Source of the DNA: Mustelus asterias
Taxonomy: Eukaryota
NCBI RefSeq assembly: GCF_964213995.1
Contig: NC_135807.1
Location: 69,254,001-69,318,000, forward strand
DNA: 64,000 nt
Reading direction: 5' to 3'
The translations under genes were made by a program, and so were the position numbers. The notes under the pieces are model-generated. The model saw only the letters and a program-made list of their open reading frames with translations. It was not told the DNA's origin and did not search any database. Shown here piece after piece: positions 1-12,552 of this stretch. Within the stretch, counting starts at the first letter, position 1. Every line of letters starts with the position of its first letter.

Positions 1-3000
1 AATCCATATACACCACATCAACTGCTTTACCCTCATCCACCTCTTTGGTCACCTTCTCAAAGAACTCAATAAGGTTTGTGAGGCACGACCTACCCTTCAC
101 AAAACCGTGTTGACTATCCCTAATCAAATTATTCCTTTCTAGATGATTATAAATCCTATCTCTCATAATCCTTTCCAAAACTTTGCCCACAACAGAAGTA
201 AGGCTTACCGGTCTATAATTACCAGGGTTGTCTCTACTCCCCTTCTTGGACAAGGGGACAACATTTGCTATCCTCCAGTCTTCTGGCACTATTCCTGTAG
301 ACAATGACGACATAAAGATCAAAGCCAAAGGCTCTGCAATCTCCTCCCTAGCCTCCCAGAGAATCCTAGGATAAATCCCATCCGGCCCAGGGGACTTATC
401 TATTTTCACATCTTCCAGAATTGCTAACACCTCCTCCTTATGAATCTCAATCCCATCTAGTCCAAAAGCCTGTATCTCAGTATTCTCCTCGACAAAATTG
501 TCTTTTTCCTGCGTGAATACTGACAAAAAGTATTCATTTAGTGCCTCTCCTATCTTTTCAAACTCCACGCACAACTTCACACTACTGTCCTTGACTGGCC
601 CTAATCTTACCCTAGTCATTCTTTTATTCCTGAGATACCTATAGAAAGCTTTAGGGTTTTCCTTGATCCTACCTGCCAAAGACTTCTCATGTCCGCTCCT
701 GGCTCTTCTTAACTCTCTCTTTAGGTCCTTCCTGGCTAACTTGTAACTCTCAAGCGCCCTAACTGAGCCTTCACGTCTCATCTTTACATAAGTCTCCTTC
801 TTCCTCTTCACAAGAGATTCAACTTCTTTAGTAAACCACGGCTCCCTCGCTCGACCACTTCCTCCCTGCCTGACAGGTACATATTTATCAAGGACATGCA
901 GTAGCTGTTCCTTGAACAAGCTCCACATTTCAATTGTGCCCATCCCCTGCAGTTTCCTTCCCCAACCTATGCATCCTAAATCTCGCCTAATCGCATCATA
1001 ATTTCCTTTCCCCCAGCTATAACTCTTGCCCTTCGGTATATACCTTTCCCTTTCCATCGCTAAAGTAAACGTAACTGAATTGTGGTCACTATCACCAAAG
1101 TGCTCACCTACCTCCAAATCTAACACCTGGTCTGGTTCATTACCCAGTACCAAATCCAATGTGGCCTCGCCTCTTGTTGGCCTATCTACATACCGTGTCA
1201 GGAAACCCTCCTGCACACATTGGACAAAAACGGACCCCTCTAAAGTACTCGAACTATAGCTTTTCCAGTCAATATTTGTAAAGTTAAAGTCCCCCATAAC
1301 AACTACCCTATTACTTTCACTCCTATCCAGAATCATCTTTGCAACCCTTTCCTCTACATCTCTGGAACTTTTCGGAGGCCTTTAGAAAACTCCCAACAGG
1401 GTGACCTCTCCTTTTCTGTTTCTAACCTCAGCCCATACTACCTCAGTAGACGAGTCCTCATCAAACGTCCTTTCTGCCACCGTAATACTGTCCTTGACTA
1501 ACAATGCCACCCTCCCCCTCTTTTACCACCTTCCCTGCTCTTACTGAAACATCTAAACCCCGGAACCTGCAACATCCATTCCTGTCCCTGCTCTATCCAT
1601 GTCTCCGAGATGACCACAACATCGAAGTCCCAGGTACCAACCCATGCTGAAAGTTCACCCACCTTATTCCGGATGCTCCTGGCGTTGAAGTATACACACT
1701 TCAACCCACCTTTCTGCCTGCCAGTACACTCCTGTGACCTTGAAAGCTTATCCATGATCTCACTACTCTCAACCTCCTGTACACTGGAGCTACAATTCAG
1801 GTTCCCATCCCCCTGCTGAATTAGTTTAAACCCTCCCGAAGAGCATTAGCAAATTTCCCCCCCAGGATATTGGTACCCCTCTGGTTCAGGTGTAGACCAT
1901 CCCGTTTGTAGAGGTCCCATCTACCCCAGAATGAGTCCCAATTGTCCAGGTACCTGAATCCCTCGCTCCTGCACCATCCCTGTAGCCACGTGTTCAACTG
2001 CTCTCTCTCCCTATTCCTCTCCTCATTATCACGTGGCACGGGTAAAAAACCAGAGATAATAACTCTGTTTGTTCTAGCCCTAAGCTTCCACCCTAACTCC
2101 CTGAATTTCTGCCTTACATCCCCATCCCTTTTCCTACCTATGTCTTGGGTGCCTTTGTGAACCACAACTTGGGGCTGGTCCCCCTCCCCCTTAAGGATCC
2201 CGAAAACACGATCCGAGGCATCACGGACCCCGGCACCTGGGAGGCAACACACCAACCGCGAGTCTCTCTCGTTCCCACAGAATCTCCCATCTGTCCCCCT
2301 AACTATGGAGTCCCCAATACCTAATTCTCTACTCCTCTCCCCCCTTCCCTTCTGAGCAACAAGGACAGACTCTGTGCCAGAGACCCCATGGCTTACCCCT
2401 GTTAAGTTTCCCCCCCCCCCCCCTCCCAAACAGTATCCAAAACGGAATACTTGTTATACAGAGGAACAGGGGATCGCTGCTCTGACTGCTTCTTACCCCT
2501 TCTAGCCGTCACCCACGTATCATCATTTCTAGGAGTAACTACCTCCCTGTAGCTTCTATCAATAGCTGCCTCTGCCTCCCGAATGATCCTGAGTTCATTC
2601 AGTTCCAGCTCCAGATCCCTAACATGGTCTTCAAGGAGCTGGAATTGGGTGCACTTCCTGCAGGTGTACTCAGCCGGGACACTAATGGTGTCCCTCACCT
2701 CAAACATCCCACAGGAGGAACATTGCACTGCCTGCACTGACATCCCTGCTAACTTCCCTTACTAAGAAACGAAAGAGAGAAGAAAAAAAGCTTGCCTGCT
2801 CTCACTCAGTGTCTTTTTTTTAGGTTAGAGGAGGGGAGAGGGTGGGAGACTGTACACGTGCAGTGTCTCGGGTTTCCTCCCTGTTCAAATTTATTGGGCA
2901 AAAAAAAACCTTCCCAGGCCTCTCCGCGGCCTACATCCGGTTTCCTGTTTCCTGCTGCATGGAAAAAAAAACGAGAAAAAGTAAGGTAAAAAATCAAACT

Positions 3001-3190
3001 CTCTTACCCTCAGCTCTCCTCACACGAATCGCTCCCTCTCTGCTTGCTCCAGTCGAACAATGAGGTTGATACCTCAAAGGTAAGTATCTTTTAAAGGAAA
3101 AAAAACCCCAAAAAAACCTTCACAGGCCTCTCCGCGGCCTTCGTCCGGTTTCCTGTTTCCTGCTGCACTGGAAAAAAAACGAGAAAAATG
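1..3190 (-). mobile_element. CR1-clade LINE, 5' half (5'UTR, ORF1 with Zn-finger/leucine zipper/SGNH esterase, ORF2 APE endonuclease into RT), intronic and antisense to the UBX gene
   Basis: ORF 2402..2743 has CxxC...CxKC plus a heptad (LLEDHVRDLELELNEL). ORF 1821..2429 has GDSIVR...DGLHLN (SGNH). ORF 1498..1755 has LKCVYFNARSIRNK...ISETW (APE). RT-type QHGF/SCLTNLIEFFE is read near 60-120. Frameshifts are at the C run ~2408-2423 and near 1505. Confidence 0.9.
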
Positions 3191-3302
3191 GATATTTTAG
3201 AGGTCAAAGATGTACTTGTTTTCTTTCAATCCTTTTGAATTTCTGAATCTCAGTCAGGAAGTTTTAATGTGCATTCATCACAAGTTTTTGTTTTATTTAC
3301 AG

Positions 3303-3465
3303 AATTCGTGATATTCGTCAATTTATCATTCAACATCGTCCTACCTTTGCTACTTCCTCCTTTGTATTGATGACCACTTTCCCAAATAAAGAACTGACAG
3401 ATGAAGAACAGACTTTGCAAGAAGCCAAGTTACTTAATGCAGTCATTGTTCAGCGTCTAAAGTAA
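3303..3465 (+). CDS. UBXN2B: Terminal coding exon of a p47-family UBX-domain protein (p97/VCP cofactor), probably UBXN2B
   Basis: Polypyrimidine tract with AG at 3301-3302 and a phase-2 start. Translates (R)[53 protein letters not shown], the UBX C-terminus with the FPNK loop. The sequence alone fits NSFL1C or UBXN2B; adjacency to a CYP7A gene favours UBXN2B. Confidence 0.85.
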
Positions 3466-4030
3466 CTTTGTCTTTGTAGGACTGTGTAGGATAGAACAAA
3501 CGTTGCAAATCTTTCAGTATCCTTGTCTGATCTGCGTGTCAGAAGGTGGTAAAATTGCCATGACGCTCACCCCCAAACTATCTTAGCACTGGAAGAAGGA
3601 ATAAAGGTGTTGTGGATCTGCAGGAGGAAGCTATCACTCTCCTATGAAGGCACATCGGAACACTTATCTGTACAATAAATATATACTGTTAATATGTACA
3701 AGTCTACTAATTCTCAAATAGGGAATCCTAGGTAATAGTAACTGGAAACATTCTGCAATGGTAAGTAGAGATTTCAGACAACTGTTGCAATCTTGAGACT
3801 TGATTTAAACAATCACTACTTTATTTGGGCTAGATTCACTTGAATTTTTTCAAAACTCATTTTAAACTGCATTTGGAAATGAAAAATGCACTAGGTAGTA
3901 AGGACAGGTATTCTATTTATGCATGATAGTGGTTGTATGCCAGTATTACATTTATTATTGACATTTTATGGGATCTGTATAAAAACCTAAAGTGTACATA
4001 CTATTGGTAACCTCAATTGTGGAATAAAAT
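3466..4030 (+). terminator. Proximal 3'UTR with candidate polyadenylation signals
   Basis: AT-rich, transposon-free sequence after the stop codon, with AATAAA at ~3599, ~3674 and ~4023. The true 3' end is unknown. Confidence 0.45.
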
Positions 4031-6754
4031 GTTCTTGAAATGTATTCCATGAAATTATGCCATGGTGAATGCTGCTTCAGTTGCCACTTCCAGCTGTTTT
4101 TTTGAGATGAATTCTATGAGTTGCCAGCCCTGTCAAAAATGTTTTAAATTGATAGATTCTTTGAAATTGGCTGCTGCAGCAATAGCTGCATGTTTTATAG
4201 CTATTTGTAAGCTAGTTAAAAAGTTTCCTTGGAATTCATTGATGGCTCAAAAAATTGATGTGCTCTTTTTCTTAAAAAGATATGAACAGACTATTCCATG
4301 AGGCAGTTATCATTAATAGTATGAAGATTGTTATTGATTATTTTGTTTACTTTTATATTGAGAGCTGGTTATGTATGTAATGAATTCTGATAAATGTTGC
4401 AGGAAAATAAGCTATAGTTCTGGATTGTGCTAAACACATGACTTAGGTACTACCTATGAGGGAGGAAGGAACCATTGACTAATTATCATAAAATTATTGG
4501 CTACCAAGAATCATTTTGTGTTTGAAACAGCAACCAGGTCCAGAACCCTTTTTTGTGAAATGGCTGTCACATCAGTGCAAGCGAGATGAATATGCTCCAT
4601 TCTGCTTCTGCAGGGAAGAGTTATAATTTTGGTATTTGCTGCTACTTTTCATTGGATTGAATTTACACAGGATAGTATGCTGCTTTCTTTTTGTACACAT
4701 CATCTGTTTACTTCTATACACTGTCAAAAAATTCTTTTTAAAAAAAAATATCCTGTGGCTTTGGTCCACAAATGTTGTTCTCAGAAAATTCTTTAAAACA
4801 TTGAGGTGAATTTTTCCCATCGTTTCGAACACAATTTTAAAACATGAAAAATTAATATTATTCAGAATTGAGTGATTAGCCTGGTCTTAATCTCATGGTA
4901 CTGCTGGCTGGCTGTGTGAATGACAGAAGTTTTGCAACTATATCTTAAGCATTAAAGAACCTTTTAGTTGGTAGAGATGTGTCTTTGTTCTTGCTTGATA
5001 ATGTCTGAAATGGGTGAATTTTCACTAAAATGAAAAGTATTGGAAAAGTTTATAATGTTTGGTTATCATATGTAAACGTATGCCTGTATATAAGAGACTG
5101 ACTTTTTATTAAATCTTTTGTATTTCCATCCAAAACCTTTCCTTTAGCTTCAAGAAAGGACAAAATTAGCGTTCTAGAACTTGATAATGAAACTCCAAAC
5201 TTCATTGACACATATTGGCAATTTTTGTTAAGAGATCTACTTTTTTTTGTGTTTAAAGGAGACTTGTCATGAATATTGGAATGTCTCAGCAATGGTATCA
5301 ATTGTCAATTACATTAATTTTCATCAAAATGTTTGAAGATTTAATGTTGCAACTCTGAATATAACTAGATCCAACTGGACCAGTCATTTTAGTAACCTCA
5401 TGGAATGTTCTTTTGCACAACAATTAAATTTGATCCTGTAAGCAGACACTTTGAAGAATTATTTATTTTTATATTCCTTATAACTCTTATCTTACACCAG
5501 GGCACTACAGGATTTTTAAATGCTCGATTTCTGGTGAATTGATCTAATTTGTATATCTTAAGTCAGATACTTTTTGAAGAAATTGTTCAAAATCCAATAG
5601 AAATTGAACACTGTAACAAATGCACCATATTCTGCCTGCAACCAAAATCCTTCCTTTCTTAAACGAGCAATTTCACTAAACCGCCAATGGTAACATAGTG
5701 CTGCAATGCCACTGAGTGATAAAATGTGGCTTAGCAACCATAATTCCTTCACAGTTTCCTCTTCCTGATTTCAGCCCTTTTCCTAAATATCACTGAACAA
5801 AATGTAAGCTTCTATGCAGGAGGAAAGGCAGAAATGTCAGTTTTTGGGAGCACTGTAACATCCAAGTTGTTGGTGCCAAGCAATATCAGTGGAAACCTCA
5901 GAACTGATCATATTAATTTCCACTGGGGCATTACCCATGGAAATTAAAATAATAAAACTATGTTAAGCTTCATTCAAAATTCACATTTTAAAAATGCTAG
6001 TTTTTAATCTGAGAAAGTATCGAGTGATGATTAAACCATAGCTAATAAACTATGACTTCTCATTTTTAGACCCGATCAATGATTCACTGCTGTGCAATGC
6101 TTGAATGCAAAACAATGCAGTCAGAACTCATCACCTCCCTGCCTGAACTGAAAACCTGAAACCTAGGCTTGGGCAAGCAAAGGCTGGTTCTCTACTTTAA
6201 CTACTGCCATGACCATTGGAGTCAACTTTTCCAAACTGATGTCGTTTCTCTGCCTTTTGTTTCCCTTATCCACCCCTTCTAAGGAAGAATAGAATCCCCA
6301 AAAAGTAAATTCTTTCTTATTGGTTTGCAAGATGGAGAGGGGTAGTGGTGATTATACAATACAATGGAACTCTTCGTGGGGGTGCTTGGGAATTTTCCAG
6401 TATGGCCAGTCTGCCCCTGCCTTCCTCTTCTTACCCCATGCATAATTGTGTGAGGGAAGGTGGAAAGTCTATATAAATACAAATTATTCCTTAGATCAAT
6501 TTGTTTTAAAATGGCTGCATTCTGTCCCCATTAAGATTAATTAATTCACTCCTGAGTTCTCTTGGGTGAAGCAGCATGATCTTACTGTAACCTAGAAATT
6601 TGATGCTGTGTCTGCTTTCAAAATAGGTGCCAAATTGTCCAGTATGTCAGGTGATATACAGCATACATTTTGATCTGGACATGCATCTTCCACCTCATTG
6701 TTGTAGCATTCATTGATGCCCATGGGGCCTGTGCCTGAAGCAGGCTTTAGGGAC

Positions 6755-8208
6755 TATTACAATCGCAGTTGATATAACTGGACAGGAAGATTCCAGAATG
6801 GAACTCTGGCTCAAAAGTCCCGAGCTTTTACTTTTATAAAAGGTGGAGGAACAAAGTCTCAGGATTGCTAATTATTTTTAACAAGAGAAATACCATACTC
6901 ATTTATTCCCCCCTTGGCTTCACAACTATGCACAGATTTTAAGGTTAGCACAGATTTTAAGGTTAACACAGATTACAAAGCAGATCTTAAACTACAATCC
7001 ACTCAGTAACATACAGCCTCTTTAAGCACACGCATTGGCTGGAGTCAAAAACATACACCCCTCTGAACCCGATTAGTATCCTTGGATTTCTCCTCCAAAT
7101 TCCCCGAGATGATTGTCACATGAGAGATTCCAAACTCCACTCCCAAAACACACTTAAAAATCTTCTTTCAGATTAATACTTTTCGTTCGTGTTTTGCATT
7201 CCAAAACTCAATCCATGTTTTGCAAATGAGACTTTTAAAGAAAGCCTCTGCTCCACTTTTAACAATGAATCTAGTATCCAGGTTTTGACTGCTGTACAAA
7301 CTGTTCACAATTGCTTTAACTCTCGATTCCCAGACTATTAAAATTACATCAGATTTTTTATTCATGAAGTCTGTTTTCCGACTTTAAATCTGGTTAATGC
7401 AGTTATCTTTTCGACTCAGAACACTTCTTACTCTATCTTGAATTCCTCTGAACAATACTTTAGTCTCTGTCCGCTTCAGTTGTCTTAAGACATTCTATTT
7501 GTCCCAATTCCTCTGGTTATCTGGACAGTCACTGGTTCCTTGGGAAACCTGCCTCTTTGCAGCTCCTGTCCTGTCCAGTCTTTCTCCTGGCAGAGTTGAG
7601 TTTTGCTCACTCCCTGGTGTCTTTCTTCAACTGCAATACATCCAGCTAAAACTTGAAAGCTTTTCTAACTTAAAGACCCCCAGTTGCTAAGCAGTTTATT
7701 TATGGGGCAGCACAGTGGTTAGCACTGCTGCCTCACAGAGCCAAGGATCTGGGTTCGATTCCCAGCTTGGGTCACTGTCTGTGAAGAGTTTGCACGTTCT
7801 CCCCGTGTCTGCGTGGGTTTCCTCCAGGTGCTCTGGTTTCACCCCACAATCCAAAGATGTGCATGTTAGGTGGATTGGCCATGATAAATTCTCCCTCAGT
7901 GTACCCAAACAGTCACCGGAGTGTGGCAGCTAGGGGATTTTCACAGTTACTTCATTGCAGTGTTAATGTAAGCCTACTTGTGACTAGTAAATAAACTTTT
8001 TACTTTTAATGCCATAGCCCACTCTAAGCATAATAGAAACACAGTTGGAATTGAACCAACCCCCACACACATGCTAACACCTTTGTCCAGCATGAATCTA
8101 ACTATAGGTTTTACCCTTCCAGGCACAGAAATATTAAACCCATTTAAAACTATACCTTATTTCTAATGTTTATCCATAAATGGACAAACTACCTTTGTTT
8201 TCCTAACA
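6755..8208 (-). mobile_element. Degenerate solo LTR (Gypsy-like) interrupted by a SINE
   Basis: GGAC is duplicated at 6751-6754 and 8209-8212. On minus the element reads TGTTAG...GTAATA (mutated TG..CA ends). Its U5-like end resembles the one near 32200-32350. Confidence 0.55.
7704..8000 (+). mobile_element. HE1-like tRNA-derived SINE (AATAAA-tail variant)
   Basis: Pol III A box (CAGTGGTTAGCAC) and B box (GGTTCGATTCC), conserved core GGGTTTCCTCC..GTGCTC, and tail ...GCCTACTTGTGAC..AATAAA. Confidence 0.85.
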
Positions 8209-9929
8209 GGACTTGTAGCATATGCAGAACACCTGTTTCATACCCCATTTATCAAATTATATTTGGGGAAAGATTCAATACTCAAATTGCAGAAAACTTT
8301 CCAGGTGTTTTACATGTTTTGGCTACCAGTTCTGTAGAGAAAATGAGTGTGGGTGAGGGAAAGTCCCACTTACTTGCTGCTGCCTAAGCTTCCTTTGCCC
8401 TCCCTGGACAATCCGATACTGCTTTCACCTTGTTCAAGATAACTATCACTAAAAGAACATTCCAGTTCTCTGCGACTAGGTCAGCCAATTCTGACCTGGC
8501 ATGAGACTGAATGATGTCACCCCCTGATGTGCTCCAGCCTCATTAGCAGCAGACCCCCTCCTGTCCTTTGATTTTCTCTTTCTTTTCCTTGGCCTCCCAG
8601 AAGATGTGGCCACAGAGTTAAGTGCAGTTGAAAGACTCCTGTGCGGTGGTCAGCGGGAACAAACAGCATAACCTCTCCAATCCATTCGATCGTGGGTTTC
8701 CCCCTGTCCTTGCTGCCCCTCCGATCATAGATTCTGGGTAGAATTTTTTTGGAAGAATTCCAAGTGTTGAATTCGCGTGAAAACTAGAGTAATTCATGCT
8801 GGATTTTTCAGTGGGAGTTCAGAGAAGAATCTCCCACACTCTGTGCAATGCAGAAGCCACCAGCGTGAATATCATTAAATTCCAGGGGGCGAAGCCTATT
8901 CCTACGGGAGAGGCTGAAATCAGTGCGCTGAGCGGGCCACTGTGCATTCTGACCTGTCAGTGTTGAGATCAGTGCATGTGTAGTGGCCATGCACTAACGG
9001 CCCCCCGATTGCTGGCCAGCCCTGCGACCGCTGCAATGCTGGCTATCTACCCTCCACCCCATGGCCCGTTTGCTGTCCCCCTGACCATTCCCGGGCTCAG
9101 CCTCAACCCCCGCATTCCCAGTCTGCTCCAGCTCCCCCTCCCCCCCCCGACAGCTACCACCCCTGCAGTCCCCAACCCCCCGCCCCCCAGAGTGCTGACT
9201 GCCCCAGTCCCCCTGACTGCCCCAGCCCCCCCCGATCGCTGGCCTCCCTCCTTCCCCCAACAATCCCTATGCAGAGTGGCAGCGGGACCCGCCCACCGAT
9301 CGCTCCCTTGGCACTGCCACATTAGGCTCCACCCCTATATCCCCACCCCCCCCGGCACTGCCCCATGTCCGATGGGCAGTGCCTAGGTGCCCTGGGCATT
9401 AGCACTTTGCCCCCTGGGCAGTGCCAGGGACATAGGCTGGCACTACCAGGGTGCCAATGCCCAGGGGCCACCCCTCCATCACCCAACCTCTGGGGGTGCC
9501 CTAATTGCACCCCCTCCTTCCACTCCAGCATGGTTGGGCCGCTAGTTCCCCAAAAGTGGGGATGTACGGTAATCCCCGCTGGAGTGAACCACTGGTGGGG
9601 TGGAGGGAGATGCTAGCGGGCCCGGAGACTTCAGTCCTGAGCCCCAAGCTAATCACATTCAAATGAGATTAAAATGACCATGTTAATGATCTTTGAGCCT
9701 CCCCGCCGATTTCTGGCGCGGAGCAGACGCCACCGGAAATCTGGTGCTGGGAGATGTTAGTGGGGCGCGAACGCACACTTGAACTCCATGAATCGGCCCT
9801 TGTGACAATCTTCCGCCCGCTGCGCTAGAAAATTAGGATGTGGAGATGCAGGCGTTGGACTGGAGTAAACACAGTAAGAAGTCTAACAACACCAGGTTAT
9901 AGTCCAACAGGTTTATTTGGTAGCAAAAG

Positions 9930-9968
9930 CCACGAGCTTTCGGAACAGGCTGTCCCTTCGTCAGGTAG
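9930..9968 (-). ncRNA. Minimal hammerhead ribozyme motif (inverted pLTR copy)
   Basis: Minus strand reads CUAC-CUGACGA-A-GGGACA GCC UGUUCC-GAAA-GCUC-GUGG. Confidence 0.7.
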
Positions 9969-11491
9969 GTGGGAGTTCTGATTACAAACGGCACAAAGAC
10001 ACGATCTCAATTTACATGAATAATGATTGGAATGTGAGCCTTTACAGCTAATCAAGTCTTAAAGGTCCAGACAATGTGAGTGAAAGGAACATTAAGCACA
10101 GGTTAAAGAGATGTGTATTGTCTCCAGACAGGACAGCTAGTGAGATTTAGCACATCCAGGCAGGTTGTGGGGGTTACAGATAGTGTGACATGAACCCAAT
10201 ATCCCGGTTGAGGCTGTCCTCATGTGTGCGGAACCTGGCTATCAGTCTCTGCTCAGCGACTCTGTGCTGTCGTGTGTCGTGAAGGCCGCCTTGGAGAACG
10301 CTTACCACTCACCATGGACTACTCTCCGGAATCGGTTGCATTCTTGGACACACGCATCTCCATTAAGGACGGTCACCTCAGCACTTCACTGTACCGCAAG
10401 CCCACGGATAACCTCACGATGCTCCACTTCTCCAGCTTCCACCCTAAACACGTTAAAGAAGCCATCCCCTACGGACAAGCCCTCCGTATACACAGGATCT
10501 GCTCGGATGAGGAGGATCGCAACAGACACCTCCAGACGCTGAAAGATGCCCTCATAAGAACAGGATATGGCGCTCGACTCATCAATCAACAGTTCCGACG
10601 CGCCACAGCGAAAAACCGCACCGACCTCCTCAGAAGACAAACACGGGACACGGTGGACAGAGTACCCTTCGTTGTCCAGTACTTCCCCGGAGTGGAGAAG
10701 CTACGACATCTCTTCCAGAGTCTTCAACATTTTATTGATGAAGACGAACATCTCGCCAAGGTCATCCCCACACCTTGCTTTCAAACAACCGCACAACATC
10801 AAACAGACCATTGTCCGCAGCAAACTACCCAGCCTTCAGGAGAACAGTGACCACGGCACCACACAACCCTGCCACAGCAACCTCTGCAAGACATGCCGGA
10901 TCATCGACACGGATGCCATCATCTCATGCGAAAACACCATCCACCAGTACACGGTACATACTCTTGCAACTCGGCCAACGTTGTCTACCTGTTACGCTGC
11001 AGGAAAGGATGTCCCGAGGCATGGTACATTGGGGAAATCATGCAGACGCTACGACAACGGATGAATGAACACCGCTCGACAATCACCAAGCAGGAGTGTT
11101 CTCTTCCTGTTGGGGAGCACTTCAGCGGTCACGGGCATTCAGCCTCTGATCTCTGGGTAAGCGTTCTCCAAGGCGGCCTTCACTACACACGACAGCGCAT
11201 AGTCACTGAGCAGAGACTGATAGCCAGGGTCCGCACACATGAGGACGGCCTCAACTGGGATATTGGGTTCATGTCACACTATCTGTAGCCCCCACAACCT
11301 GCCTGGATGTGCAAAATCTCACTAGCTGTCCTGTCTGGAGACAATACACATCTCTTTAACCTGTGCTTAATGCTCCACTCACATTGTCTGTACCTTTAAG
11401 ACTTGATTCGTTGTAAAGGCTCACATTCCAATCATTATTCATGTAAATTGAGTTTGTGTCTTTGTGCCCTGTTTGTAATCAGAACTCCCAC

Positions 11492-11530
11492 CCACCTGAC
11501 GAAGGGACAGCCTGTTCCGAAAGCTCGTGG
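11492..11530 (+). ncRNA. Minimal type I hammerhead ribozyme motif
   Basis: CCAC-CUGACGA-A-GGGACA GCC UGUUCC-GAAA-GCUC-GUGG: intact core, stem I CCAC/GUGG, 6-bp stem II, palindromic AGCU stem III. Confidence 0.8.
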
Positions 11531-12552
11531 TTTTTGCTACCAAATAAACCTGTTGGACTTTAACCTGGTGTTGCTAGAAAATTAGCCCCTGTCTCTGGAT
11601 GAGTGGCAAGAGCAAAAGGAGAGAACCTGTGATTCAAGGAACTGGAGCAATGACAAACTCGGGAACTGCCTGCATAATCTTGTCTCCTTCTTTTCTCCAG
11701 TAGATTGCATGCAATAAGTCTGAGCAACGTTAAGAGATGATAGCATGAGATTTTCAAATGATAGCCCTCAGCAGTACACGAACACCTGCAGCAGTGCTGG
11801 ATGACCTTTACAGATCAATCAGCATGAGGGAGAGAGGAACTGGCAAAGATAGCATCACATGTAGCAACTGGAAAACCACTTTGGCAAGAAAATCATCTTG
11901 ACAAACAAACTACCTGAAATCAAAGAACAAAAGGAAGAACTTGTCTCTATCCAGTGTGTAAGAGACAGAATCTGTGTTTGGAGGAGAAGCTCTGTCTTTC
12001 CAACACCTGCTGTTCCTCTAATCGGTGCTCTGCTGTCAATTCCTGCTCTCAGCATTTGACAGCTTTTTTAAAAACACACAGTTGTTGAGAGCAGGAAGGA
12101 GCTTTGTACAGATTTGTAGTTGACTGACTTTTAAAACTGTCAGTTTAACTGCAGTGACTGACACTTCAAGAGTTGGTCATTGACTGCAAAATGCTTTGGA
12201 ATGTGTTGTGATCATGGAAGGTGCTACATAAATCCAATACTTTATTATCTGACTCGGAATTTGCACCAACATTTAACACATTCTCTCGAGAAATGCAAAC
12301 ATCACATTGTATTATACATGATACAAATTTCAACTCATTGATGGTGTGTTTCATTACAACCTCTTGGGCAGTTGATAACAGATGGTAATTATTTTTGCTT
12401 GACTCTATTTTAGAGATACGTCCGATTGGCTGATTTCAGGGTTGTTACTGAGAGAATAGCTTGAAGCTTTCCATACCTCTGGCAGTTTGAGGAGGTGGAT
12501 AGGTCATGTTCTAAGCTGGCTGCTCAGCCTGGACAACAGCAAGACACCATTT

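Larger units (their letters stand above)
9837..11572 (+). mobile_element. 5'-truncated Penelope-like retroelement (RT C-terminus and GIY-YIG endonuclease) preceded by an inverted copy of its 3' end
   Basis: ORF 10224..10850 has FLD...LYRKPTD...SSFHPKHVK.AIPYGQALRIHRICS. ORF 10893..11288 has NVVYLLRC..C..AWYIGE..QTLRQRMNEH (GIY-YIG). 9837-~10220 is the reverse complement of the 3' end. 13-bp TSD GCTAGAAAATTAG at 9824-9836 and 11573-11585. Confidence 0.92.
8737..11588. mobile_element. GC-rich non-autonomous TIR element (MITE-like, possibly PIF/Harbinger-derived) carrying a Penelope insertion
   Basis: Shares blocks with 43593-44887 and 58311-59490. Flanked by CTG at 8734-8736 and 11589-11591; the empty site (GATTCTG|TCT) is visible in the paralogous repeat near 41945. 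Confidence 0.6.

Noticed and set aside
8976-9616. Overlapping Pro/Gly-rich ORFs (also 44312-45100 and 58504-59295)
   Set aside because: Products of GC-rich, stop-poor MITE sequence, with no domain motifs or splice structure.
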